Source: Nostoc sp. PCC 7120 = FACHB-418
GTDB lineage: Bacteria; Cyanobacteriota; Cyanobacteriia; Cyanobacteriales; Nostocaceae
NCBI RefSeq assembly: GCF_000009705.1
Contig: NC_003272.1
Coordinates: 4,740,001-4,772,000, forward strand
Direction: 5' to 3'
DNA length: 32,000 nucleotides
The notes under the pieces are model-generated. The model did no database searches, had not been told where the DNA came from, and saw nothing but the letters and a program-made list of their open reading frames with translations. The position numbers were made by a program, and so were the translations under genes. Below are positions 8,153 through 16,240 of the stretch, piece after piece (the stretch's first letter is position 1; each line of letters begins with the position of its first letter).

Positions 8153-10378
8153 TTAACTGCGAGGACGAAAACCTTCCCGTCCATTCACCGGGTCAAAAAG
8201 TACATTGTATCGGTCAAAAAGTGCTATGCCACTATTCACAACCATAGCTTGATCTAGCTGTGGTGACACATGGAGATTCCATACATTTAACCCGTTGCGA
8301 TTTCCTGGGGTGAGGCTGTAGTCAAAGATGCGAGGAATGGATAACTTGAGTGTGTTTTTTGGGTTCAACCTGCCGGGTTTTAGTTTACCCATGAGGGAAG
8401 CAGACTTGAAGTCAATAAAACTACTGATTATGCCAGTATCCGCTATCATTTTGGCATTACAGGTATTTTTCATAGCACTGCCAGAAATAGTTAAACAAAC
8501 TCCGTTGAGTCTAGAGTCCCATCTGTTTCCTGGAATACTATTCATCACGGGTTGTTGAGTCAGGGAAGCTAGATTGAACCCGCCTCGATTCGGTGCTGTT
8601 AAACCCAGGATGAGGCTACTGTTACCACTAGCGCGATCGCCTGCAATAATGAATCCGTTACTTAAATTCCCTGGTAGTTTTCTGAAAGGATTGTAGGGCA
8701 GTGAGCGCTCTGCATAGTTGACACCGATAATACCAGAGAATGGTGTGTTACCTCTGGCAGAACAATTAGGTTTTTGGGCTATACATTGGCGACTGGTGAC
8801 AACTTGCACCGGCACAGGTTCTTCAGTGGCAATTAACCCAATACGCATACTTGTGTAAACTAACTCTCCTTCGAGGATAGTGCCATCGTTTAGCACTTCT
8901 CTGACTATCTGACCAGTTCTAGTGATAGGGGCATTGCCTAAAAACTCTCTCGGCACTCTCAGCCCCCCAGAGCCTGTATCCATCAGAACACGCCTTGGCT
9001 GACCACCAGCAACTGCTAGTTCGAGAAAATAACCCCGCTCTCGTTGACCGACAGAACCTTTTGTATATAAGGGAACTGAGATAGTATTAAAACTGGGCTT
9101 TCGGGCTGTGATTTGAGAAGTATCACGCCTAGCCGGATTGGGAAACAGTTGTTGAAAAGAAGCCTGTCGTTGCGCCACTGGTTCTGGTGCATAGTCCCAA
9201 AGGCTTTCGTAGTAGAAAAAAACCGCTCCCAAGCCACGTTCTTGTGCTGCCCTGACTTGCGACTGAATTTGTGACATGGAAACTTGGCGATTTCTTAAGC
9301 CAGTCATAATACCTATACCAGTAGGTATTAATTGCTGTGTTTCGATAATTTCTGGAGTGATGAGTTTACTATTAAAACTTTGCAAATCATTCCGGTAAAC
9401 CTGGACGACTAACTCATCTACAACACCCAACCTGACCCAGTTGAGCCAATCTTGTAGTTGCAATTTGTATGCAAAGTCATAGTAATTAGGCGAAACCGCA
9501 AAAATGGCATTGGGTTTTCTGGCTTTCACAGCTTGATTTAGTTGCACCATGAAAGCTGTAATTTTATCGGCCCGCCATTTGACCCATGCTTGGGCTTGAG
9601 GATTAGACGGCGGCGGATTCCCAGTTTCCTGTCTATACAGATTAATTGTGTATTTGTCATACCCAAAATCAACGGGTAAACTCATGTGGTCATCAAATTG
9701 AATCCCATCAGCGTTGTATTTGGTAATGATTTCTACTACCAGGTCAGTAATAAACTGCTGTACTTCTGGGTGGAAGGGATTCATCCAAGCTACTTCACCC
9801 GCAGCACTAATGGAGGTTTGGGTTCCATCCCGCTTTTGCGTTAGCCAATCTGGATGCTGGGATGCTAGTTCGGAAGTTAAGGGAGCCATAAAACCAAACT
9901 CGAACCAAGGTATAGCTAGTAAACCTTGACTACGCGCTTGACTAATAATGTCTGCAATTACGTCTTGCCCTTCTGTCCCTCGAAAGAAATAAGGAATGCC
10001 CATGCGTTGGGTGACAGCACTGGGATACTTGGTATAGCCATCGTTCCAAACAACAGGATAAATTGTATTAAAGTTCAACCGCCGCAATTGAGCAAGTGTG
10101 TCCTGCACTTTAGCGCGATTTCTGAGGATGTCAAAGTCATTATTTGTTAGCCAAACTCCCCGAATTTCTTGGCGTGGTGATTGGAAAAATTGAGCCGTTG
10201 CTGGCGTGAGGTTTTGTAGTAACAGTACTGTGGTAAATGACAGTGCAAACAAGACTGGAAGAAGTCGCTTAATTGACCGCCAACCTTGAAGAACAAAAAG
10301 CAATTTTTTAGGTATGGATAATAACTTAGTTAACCAAGTGTTAACTCGAATGCTTTGGGGTTGGAATTCAATTGGCAT
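8153..10378 (-). CDS. Fusion protein: N-terminal TM/signal anchor, a GHL10 (YngK/DUF187-type) glycoside-hydrolase-like domain, and a C-terminal pepsin-like two-lobe aspartic protease-fold domain.
   Basis: Residues ~70-400 (RGVWLTNNDFDIL..., NTIYPVVWNDGYTKYPS, AIPWFEFGF, DGIQFDDHMS) look like the family-10-like glycosylhydrolases. Residues ~440-741 carry VLMDTGSGG (D467, codon 8978-8980), FSGIIGVNYA, MIADTGIIS (D647, codon 8438-8440) and the terminal NSGIALFDRYNVLFDPVNGREGF. These match the pepsin A1 signature order. Confidence 0.85.
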   Translation of the reverse strand: MPIEFQPQSIRVNTWLTKLLSIPKKLLFVLQGWRSIKRLLPVLFALSFTTVLLLQNLTPATAQFFQSPRQEIRGVWLTNNDFDILRNRAKVQDTLAQLRRLNFNTIYPVVWNDGYTKYPSAVTQRMGIPYFFRGTEGQDVIADIISQARSQGLLAIPWFEFGFMAPLTSELASQHPDWLTQKRDGTQTSISAAGEVAWMNPFHPEVQQFITDLVVEIITKYNADGIQFDDHMSLPVDFGYDKYTINLYRQETGNPPPSNPQAQAWVKWRADKITAFMVQLNQAVKARKPNAIFAVSPNYYDFAYKLQLQDWLNWVRLGVVDELVVQVYRNDLQSFNSKLITPEIIETQQLIPTGIGIMTGLRNRQVSMSQIQSQVRAAQERGLGAVFFYYESLWDYAPEPVAQRQASFQQLFPNPARRDTSQITARKPSFNTISVPLYTKGSVGQRERGYFLELAVAGGQPRRVLMDTGSGGLRVPREFLGNAPITRTGQIVREVLNDGTILEGELVYTSMRIGLIATEEPVPVQVVTSRQCIAQKPNCSARGNTPFSGIIGVNYAERSLPYNPFRKLPGNLSNGFIIAGDRASGNSSLILGLTAPNRGGFNLASLTQQPVMNSIPGNRWDSRLNGVCLTISGSAMKNTCNAKMIADTGIISSFIDFKSASLMGKLKPGRLNPKNTLKLSIPRIFDYSLTPGNRNGLNVWNLHVSPQLDQAMVVNSGIALFDRYNVLFDPVNGREGFRPRS

Positions 10379-10565
10379 TACTGGCTCAAAATTGATGCTT
10401 AATTGGGAATATTTTGATTCAAGGCAACAATCTATTGATTGCTGCGCTACATAGTTTTTAGTCAGGACTTGAAGATTTAGGCAAGCCCTAACTATGAAGT
10501 TGACGCAAATAATGACTAAGTAGTGCCAAGTCAGAATTTTAGCTAGGACGATATACTACTCTTTT

Positions 10566-10823
10566 AACGTGAGTTCGACGGCTGGAAAAACCCCTCTCCA
10601 AACCTCTCACGCCAGTTGCTTCAAGTCGGCAAAGCCGCCCAACGCACTGGCTCCCCTGCAAGGAGAGAGGCTTCAGAACCTTTATTGTTCGTCAATATGT
10701 CATGGTCTTTACTCCCCTCTCCGCGTCGGAGCGAAAAGTCTGAGCGCAGGTTTCCTCCGCTCAGAACTTTTCAAGAGAGAGGGGTTGGGGGAGAGGTCAA
10801 AAAAGGCTTGTCGAACTCACGTT
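10566..10823. mobile_element. MITE-like hairpin element (~258 bp) upstream of cobB.
   Basis: It has 14-bp perfect terminal inverted repeats: AACGTGAGTTCGAC (10566-10579) and GTCGAACTCACGTT (10810-10823). Internal complementary blocks include CCCCTCTCC vs GGAGAGGGG and CTGAGCG...CGCTCAG. It shares a core with the repeats at 5234-5310 and 26446-26631. It also generates two overlapping spurious ORFs in the track. Confidence 0.7.
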
Positions 10824-10861
10824 CTTCTAAGATTTAAGCGAATCAAGACTTCTATCCTGTT

Positions 10862-12406
10862 ATGGCTTTAGTTATTGCTGGGGAACGTAGTGGGGTGGGC
10901 AAGACAACAGTCACGCTCACCCTTTTAGCATCTTTATGTCGGCGTAGTGCCATAGTGCAATCCTTCAAAGTCGGGCCAGACTATATTGACCCGATGTTTC
11001 ACACCTATGTTACTGGTCGTGCTTGCCGCAATTTAGATCCAGTTTTAACTTCAGAAGCTTACGTTCAGCAATGTTTTGCTCGTCATTACCAAGAGAGTGA
11101 ATATGCTCTGGTTGAAGGAGTGATGGGGTTGTTTGATGGAATTGGGAGGCAGGAAGCAGGGGGGCAGGGGGCAGGGGGCAGGGAGAATAACTTTAGTACT
11201 TCCCATTCAGCACTCACTACTGACTTTGCTAGTACGGCTCATGTGGCGCGGCTTTTAGATTTGCCGGTGGTTTTGGTGATTGATTGTAGTCGCTTGTCTG
11301 GTTCTGTGGCAGCGATCGCCCACGGTTACTGCTCTTTTGATCCGCGCATTAAAATGGCTGGGGTGGTGTTAAATCGCGTGGGCAGCGATCGCCATCTCTC
11401 TCTCCTCCAAGATGCCCTGAAACCTCTGCAATTACCTATACTCGGTGTACTACGTCGTCAAGATGACATTACCATTCCCGATCGCCATCTCGGTTTGATC
11501 CCCACTGCCGAACTACCAGAGTTAAATGCCGTCATCAATCGTCTTGCTGATTTAGGTGATACTTGTTTCGATTGGCAAAATTTATTACCTCTGTTGCAGG
11601 CGAAAGAGGTAGGGGGCAGGGAGCAGGGAGCAGGGAGCAGGGGGCAGGGAGCAGGGGAGGCAGGGGAGGCAGGGGGAGAACTGACTGCAAGATTTTCGCC
11701 CAATCCCCAATCCCCAATCCCCAATCCCCAATCCCCAGTCCCCCATCCCCCTAAAATCGCCGTTGCCCGCGATCGCGCTTTTAACTTCTATTACCAAGAC
11801 AATCTTGATTTGTTGCAGCAGTTGGGGGCGGAACTGGTTTTCTGGAGTCCTTTAACAGATGGGGAACTACCATCTGGTGTACGGGGAATGTACTTTGGTG
11901 GCGGTTTTCCAGAAGTGTTTGCCTCACAGCTAGCCGAAAATAGTAGCGCCCGTGATGCGGTGAAACAAGCTATTCTCGCAGGAATGCCCACGATTGCTGA
12001 ATGTGGGGGGTTGATGTATTTGTGTGAGCAAATTATCGATTTTGAGGGGCAATCCTGGCCGATGGTGGGAGTTTTACCAACATCTGCGGCAATGGGTGGA
12101 CGTTTAACTTTGGGATATCGCCGTGCTGTAGCCTTGCAAGATAGCTTGTTAGTGAATGTAGGCACCCACATTTACGGACACGAGTTTCATCGCTCACGGC
12201 TGATTACAGCGCCCACTCAGCCCTTATTTGAAACTTACCGCTATGATTGTCCAGAAAATATGGGTTGTGAAGGATGGGGTTTCCCGAAAAATATCCATGC
12301 CTCTTACGTTCACCTTCACTGGGGAGAGAGTGGAGAAATTCCCCGGCAGTTTATTCAGCAGTGCGCTTATTTTGGCGAAACCATTGATTTAGTGCATATG
12401 TACTAA
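10862..12406 (+). CDS. cobB: Cobyrinate a,c-diamide synthase (CobB/CbiA), carrying two in-frame repeat-encoded insertions.
   Basis: N-terminal P-loop AGERSGVGKTTVT, then FKVGPDYIDP and EGVMGLFDG. The C-terminal GATase has PTIAECGGLMYL (Cys nucleophile) and GHEFHRS. Both conserved halves are in the same frame despite the repeat blocks. Confidence 0.92.
   Translation: MALVIAGERSGVGKTTVTLTLLASLCRRSAIVQSFKVGPDYIDPMFHTYVTGRACRNLDPVLTSEAYVQQCFARHYQESEYALVEGVMGLFDGIGRQEAGGQGAGGRENNFSTSHSALTTDFASTAHVARLLDLPVVLVIDCSRLSGSVAAIAHGYCSFDPRIKMAGVVLNRVGSDRHLSLLQDALKPLQLPILGVLRRQDDITIPDRHLGLIPTAELPELNAVINRLADLGDTCFDWQNLLPLLQAKEVGGREQGAGSRGQGAGEAGEAGGELTARFSPNPQSPIPNPQSPVPHPPKIAVARDRAFNFYYQDNLDLLQQLGAELVFWSPLTDGELPSGVRGMYFGGGFPEVFASQLAENSSARDAVKQAILAGMPTIAECGGLMYLCEQIIDFEGQSWPMVGVLPTSAAMGGRLTLGYRRAVALQDSLLVNVGTHIYGHEFHRSRLITAPTQPLFETYRYDCPENMGCEGWGFPKNIHASYVHLHWGESGEIPRQFIQQCAYFGETIDLVHMY
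11145..11186 (+). repeat. G-rich heptamer tandem repeat (AGGGGGC-like) inside cobB.
   Basis: The DNA reads gggaggcaggaagcaggggggcagggggcagggggcagggag and encodes GRQEAGGQGAGGRE. It sits just after the conserved GLFDG. Confidence 0.85.
11608..11751 (+). repeat. Two abutting STRR-type heptamer arrays inside cobB: (GCAGGGA/GCAGGGG)n, then (CCCCAAT)n.
   Basis: 11608-11687 is a G-rich array and 11698-11751 reads cccaatccccaatccccaatccccaatccccagtcccccatccccc. Together they encode EVGGREQGAGSRGQGAGEAGEAGGELTARFSPNPQSPIPNPQSPVPHPP. CCCCAAT corresponds to the published STRR1 unit CCCCA(A/G)T. Confidence 0.9.
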
Positions 12407-12953
12407 ATATTAGGTGATGACAAGGCTTGGCGATCGCCAAATGACCCTGGTTAAACATGACAGAGATTAATTTTGTTAACACAATTTAACATTCAGTAGT
12501 TGAGTAACCTATTCTGTCATCACAATTTGCTCAAAAAGGATGAGAACTTTAAACCCGGAAACTCAGAGTAAATCTAGCTTTCTGAAATTTGGAATTTTAA
12601 ATTTGGAATTTTAAATTCAGATGATTGGCAACGTTTTTTAGTCGAAGTTCCCCTAGCCACAAGGGTATTTACTAGGTATTTTTTCCTACTTTTGGGGTGG
12701 TTTTGAGTGCAACAATGAGCTAAAAAATAAAAAAAATGCCGAAATCCATATAAATTAATGGTTTCATCTATCCACTTCTGGCTACAACACCTTAGAATGA
12801 TTCATTGAAAAGTAGAGCCGATGGGATGTACAGCCATTTTGAGTATATATACTCCCAAAGGATGACTTTTGTATCTCTCCAAACAGAGACTTCAGTAAAG
12901 ATGCGACAAGGTGCAACTGTACTGAATATCAAGTAAACATTAAGGAGTTCCAA

Positions 12954-13238
12954 ATGAACAAAGGTGAATTGGTTGATGCCGTAGCTGAAAAAGCTAGTGT
13001 TACTAAAAAACAAGCTGATGCCGTCTTAACAGCTGCTTTGGAAACGATTATTGAAGCTGTCTCTTCTGGCGATAAAGTTACGCTGGTAGGATTTGGCTCT
13101 TTTGAATCACGGGAACGTAAAGCTCGTGAAGGTCGTAACCCCAAAACTAACGAAAAGATGGAAATTCCAGCGACAAGGGTTCCTGCTTTCTCTGCCGGTA
13201 AGTTGTTCAGAGAAAAAGTAGCACCCCCAAAAGCATAG
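12954..13238 (+). CDS. hup: HU family DNA-binding protein.
   Basis: MNKGELVDAVAEKASVTKKQADAVL...VTLVGFGSFESRERKAREGRNPKTNEKMEIPATRVPAFSAGKLFREKV is a canonical HU/IHF fold sequence, including the RNP arm motif. An AAGGAG SD-like sequence lies upstream. Confidence 0.95.
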   Translation: MNKGELVDAVAEKASVTKKQADAVLTAALETIIEAVSSGDKVTLVGFGSFESRERKAREGRNPKTNEKMEIPATRVPAFSAGKLFREKVAPPKA

Positions 13239-13261
13239 GTTCTAGTATTAGGAATCTGAAT

Positions 13262-14368
13262 TTGATGCGGCAACCAAATCACGGGGGAAATTTAGCTTGG
13301 GCAGCAGCATTGGCTGGTTGTCCTGCGGATGCGATTGTAGATTTTTCTGCTAGCATCAGCCCGTTGGGGCCGCCTCAAAATGCGATCGCTGCTATTCAGT
13401 CACAAATTAGTAATCTTAGGCACTATCCAGACCCTGATTACCGTGAACTGAGGCTGGCTCTAAGTCATTTCCATCAATTACCTTTAGAGTGGATTCTGCC
13501 GGGCAATGGTTCAGCAGAATTACTTACTCTCGCAGGTAGGGAATTAGCTCAATTAGCCGCAACAATTTTAATCACTCCAGCCTTTGGCGATTACTACCGC
13601 ACCTTAAGGGCGTACCACGCTAAAGTACTGGAGTTTCCCCTTGTTAGTGCTGAGTCACGAATATTGGGTACAGAGTGTCACTTAACGCAACTTCACACCC
13701 AGCACTCAGGACTCATCACTAACTATGCTTTGTTACTCAACAATCCCCACAACCCAACAGGAAAGCTATTCACAAGAGAGGCGATTTTGCCTCTGCTGGA
13801 ACAGTTTGCTTTGGTGGTGGTGGATGAAGCATTTATGGATTTTGTCCCTCCTGATGAGGAACAAAGCCTGATTCCAGTAGTGGCAGAATATCCTAACCTA
13901 GTGATATTGCGATCGCTGACAAAATTCTACAGTCTCCCAGGGCTGAGATTAGGATATGCGATCGCTCACCCTGATCGTCTGCAAAAATGGCAATTATGGC
14001 GTGACCCCTGGCCGGTCAATACCTTGGCGGCGGCGGCGGCGATAGCTGCCCTTGAGGATCGAGAATTCCAAGCACAAACTTGGCAATGGCTACCACCTGC
14101 AAGAGAGGAACTATTCCAAGGCCTAACCGCCATCCCAGGATTAATACCCCAAGCTAGCGCTGCTAACTTCTTACTGGTGGAAACACAACAATCGAGTTTA
14201 GACTTACAGCAAAAATTACTCCAGCAGCACCAGATTTTAATTCGTGATTGTCTTAGCTTTAAAGAACTAGGCGATCGTTTTTTCCGCGTCGCCGTCCGTT
14301 CTCACACAGACAATCAACGCTTAACAAAAGCACTAAGCGCAATAGTCCAAAACTCTTTTGACCACTGA
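13262..14368 (+). CDS. cobD: Threonine-phosphate decarboxylase (CobD; class I/II aminotransferase fold), cobalamin biosynthesis.
   Basis: The N-terminal HGGNL motif is typical of CobD. The PLP-lysine context SLTKFYSLPGLRLGY and NPHNPTG are present. The start is TTG 13262 or ATG 13265. Confidence 0.85.
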   Translation: MMRQPNHGGNLAWAAALAGCPADAIVDFSASISPLGPPQNAIAAIQSQISNLRHYPDPDYRELRLALSHFHQLPLEWILPGNGSAELLTLAGRELAQLAATILITPAFGDYYRTLRAYHAKVLEFPLVSAESRILGTECHLTQLHTQHSGLITNYALLLNNPHNPTGKLFTREAILPLLEQFALVVVDEAFMDFVPPDEEQSLIPVVAEYPNLVILRSLTKFYSLPGLRLGYAIAHPDRLQKWQLWRDPWPVNTLAAAAAIAALEDREFQAQTWQWLPPAREELFQGLTAIPGLIPQASAANFLLVETQQSSLDLQQKLLQQHQILIRDCLSFKELGDRFFRVAVRSHTDNQRLTKALSAIVQNSFDH

Positions 14369-14400
14369 CTACTGACCAATGACTAATGACTATTGACTAC
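14366..14400 (+). repeat. STRR heptamer array TGAC(T/C)A(N) x5 spanning the cobD stop and the next gene's start.
   Basis: The array reads TGACTAC TGACCAA TGACTAA TGACTAT TGACTAC. The first TGA (14366-14368) is the cobD stop codon. The ATG at 14386 lies within the array. Confidence 0.9.
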
Positions 14401-15855
14401 GATGTCGTGATTATTGGCGGCAGTCTCGCAGGACGCTATGCCGCCCTTACCGCCACCCAAATGGGGGCTAAAGTGGCATTGGTAGAATCCCAGCTAAATA
14501 ACAGTTTGATTGTTCACCAAGCCATAGGGGAAATTGCCAACCTAACCCAAAATTTGCATAATTTGGCTGGCTGTGGCATCGATGCTGTACACCCTGATAC
14601 TTCTGAAAAGTGCCAAATTTCCCTAAAATGGGCAGCAGCATTGTTTTCGGCTCAAGGTATTGCCGCTAACGTCCAAGAACAAATGTCTCTTGCTCACTTG
14701 TCAGCCCAAGGAGTCGATGTCATTGTTGACAGTGGACAATTTCAACGCTCACCCCATTTAGCTTTTGTTGTAGGTCAGCGCCTACTACGCGGTCGCACTT
14801 ATCTACTTGCTAGTGGTTCCCTACCAGCAATTCCCAAAATTGAAGGATTACAAGCTACCGACTACCTGACACCAGCAAATATTTGGCAATATTTATACAA
14901 ACAACATTCTCCATCTTCGGAACTACCCCAAAATTGGGTAATTATTGGCGGTACTCCTCAAAGCATCGAAATATCGCAAACTTTAGCCAGACTGGGTTGC
15001 AGTATCACTTTGGTAGTTAAATCTCTTCATCTTCTACCTCAGCTTGACCCAGAAATTGCCCAGTTGCTTCAAGCACAGTTAGAAATCGATGGTGTACGCA
15101 TCCTAACTCAAAAAATGGTGACACAAGTCAAGCGAATCGACGATAAAAAATGGGTTCAGGCAGGAGAAAAAGCAATAGAAGCTGATGAGATTCTAGTAGC
15201 AATTGGCCAGAAACCAAATATTGAATCTTTGAATTTGCCAGAAGTAGGAGTGAAATGGCAGCAGCATCGTTTACTGGTCAACGAAAAACTACAGACTACC
15301 AATCACCGAATTTATGCTTGTGGTGATGTCATTTGCGGTTACGACTTGCCTAACGTAGCTAATTACGAAGCTCGAATTGCTTTGAACAATGCTCTGTTTC
15401 TTCCCAGGTTGCAAGTTAATTACCAAAATACTCCTTGGGCGATATTATCCCACCCAACTTTAGCCCAGGTTGGGGTGACGGAGAACCAGGCAAAACGCCA
15501 ATTTAGTCAACAAGAAGTTATCGTCTTGAGGCATTACTATAAATCCATAGCAGCAGCCCAACTGAAAAATGAAATTACAGGTATTTGTAAATTAGTGGTG
15601 CTAGGCAACGGAAAAATTTTAGGAGCTACTATATTTAGTACACAAGCCAGAGAGTTAATTAATCTCATTGCTTTGGCAATGTCTCGCAATATTTCTGTCA
15701 AACACTTAGGGAATTTATCTGCTGTCTATCCAAGTTTCTCAGAACTTTTAGAACAAACAGCACGAGATTTTAGCCAACACAGGTTCAATAACAACACAGC
15801 TTGGCAAGATTGGTTGGAGAATCTCTTTTATTTGCGCCGTAATTGGAATTTGTGA
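14386..15855 (+). CDS. FAD/NAD(P)-binding pyridine nucleotide-disulfide oxidoreductase homologue (class I fold) that lacks the redox-active Cys pair.
   Basis: FAD motif DVVIIGGSLAGRYAA, second Rossmann motif WVIIGGTPQSIEISQTL, and ACGDV are present, along with a C-terminal dimerisation domain. There is no CxxxxC where GGTCxNxGC is expected (VESQLNNSLIVHQAIGE). The C-terminal HPTxSE is replaced by VYPSFSE. Confidence 0.8.
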   Translation: MTIDYDVVIIGGSLAGRYAALTATQMGAKVALVESQLNNSLIVHQAIGEIANLTQNLHNLAGCGIDAVHPDTSEKCQISLKWAAALFSAQGIAANVQEQMSLAHLSAQGVDVIVDSGQFQRSPHLAFVVGQRLLRGRTYLLASGSLPAIPKIEGLQATDYLTPANIWQYLYKQHSPSSELPQNWVIIGGTPQSIEISQTLARLGCSITLVVKSLHLLPQLDPEIAQLLQAQLEIDGVRILTQKMVTQVKRIDDKKWVQAGEKAIEADEILVAIGQKPNIESLNLPEVGVKWQQHRLLVNEKLQTTNHRIYACGDVICGYDLPNVANYEARIALNNALFLPRLQVNYQNTPWAILSHPTLAQVGVTENQAKRQFSQQEVIVLRHYYKSIAAAQLKNEITGICKLVVLGNGKILGATIFSTQARELINLIALAMSRNISVKHLGNLSAVYPSFSELLEQTARDFSQHRFNNNTAWQDWLENLFYLRRNWNL

Positions 15856-16038
15856 ATGTTCGCTCCTCTTCTCATGAGGCTGAAAATACTAAACTGTCAT
15901 ACTCTGTTGGCAAAAGTAAAAAATTATACTTAATAAATTTTCAAGAAAATCATGATTTGTTATCTATCTAACATCTAATTTTCGGTTTCTTACTATATAT
16001 TAAGTAAAGCTTTTCTCAAAAACCTTGTATATCTCACA

Positions 16039-16103
16039 GCGAGTAGCACAGTCATCAGAATTTATTTTTGAAGACATTGACTAGTGTCTATACTCGCTTT
16101 TTT
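16039..16103 (+). terminator. Candidate Rho-independent terminator downstream of the oxidoreductase gene.
   Basis: GCGAGTA (16039-16045) pairs with TACTCGC (16091-16097), with further imperfect inner pairing. TTTTTT follows at 16098-16103. Confidence 0.45.
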
Positions 16104-16240
16104 ATATTTGTAATATAGCGGTGTTACGTGATTTGTAGGCAGAGTAATACCGAAATTTGTCATATCCAGATAGACTTTTGATCTAGCATTGCTATATAAC
16201 TGGCTGATAGTTATATCTTTAGTCAAAAAGGAATTATTAT

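Noticed and set aside
10569-10871. Overlapping ORFs 10569-10871 and 10616-10837 (+).
   Set aside because: They are two different frames of the same MITE-like hairpin element. Neither has features of a real protein.
11458-12171. Five ORFs on both strands over the cobB repeat region (11458-11724, 11535-11717, 11563-11754, 11585-11797, 11791-12171).
   Set aside because: They are generated by stop-free G/C-rich heptamer repeats, or are antisense to the well-supported cobB frame. Their products are low-complexity Gly/Pro/Ser strings.
12792-13282. Minus-strand ORFs 12792-13013 and 12929-13282.
   Set aside because: They are antisense to the unmistakable HU gene and its leader, with no motifs.
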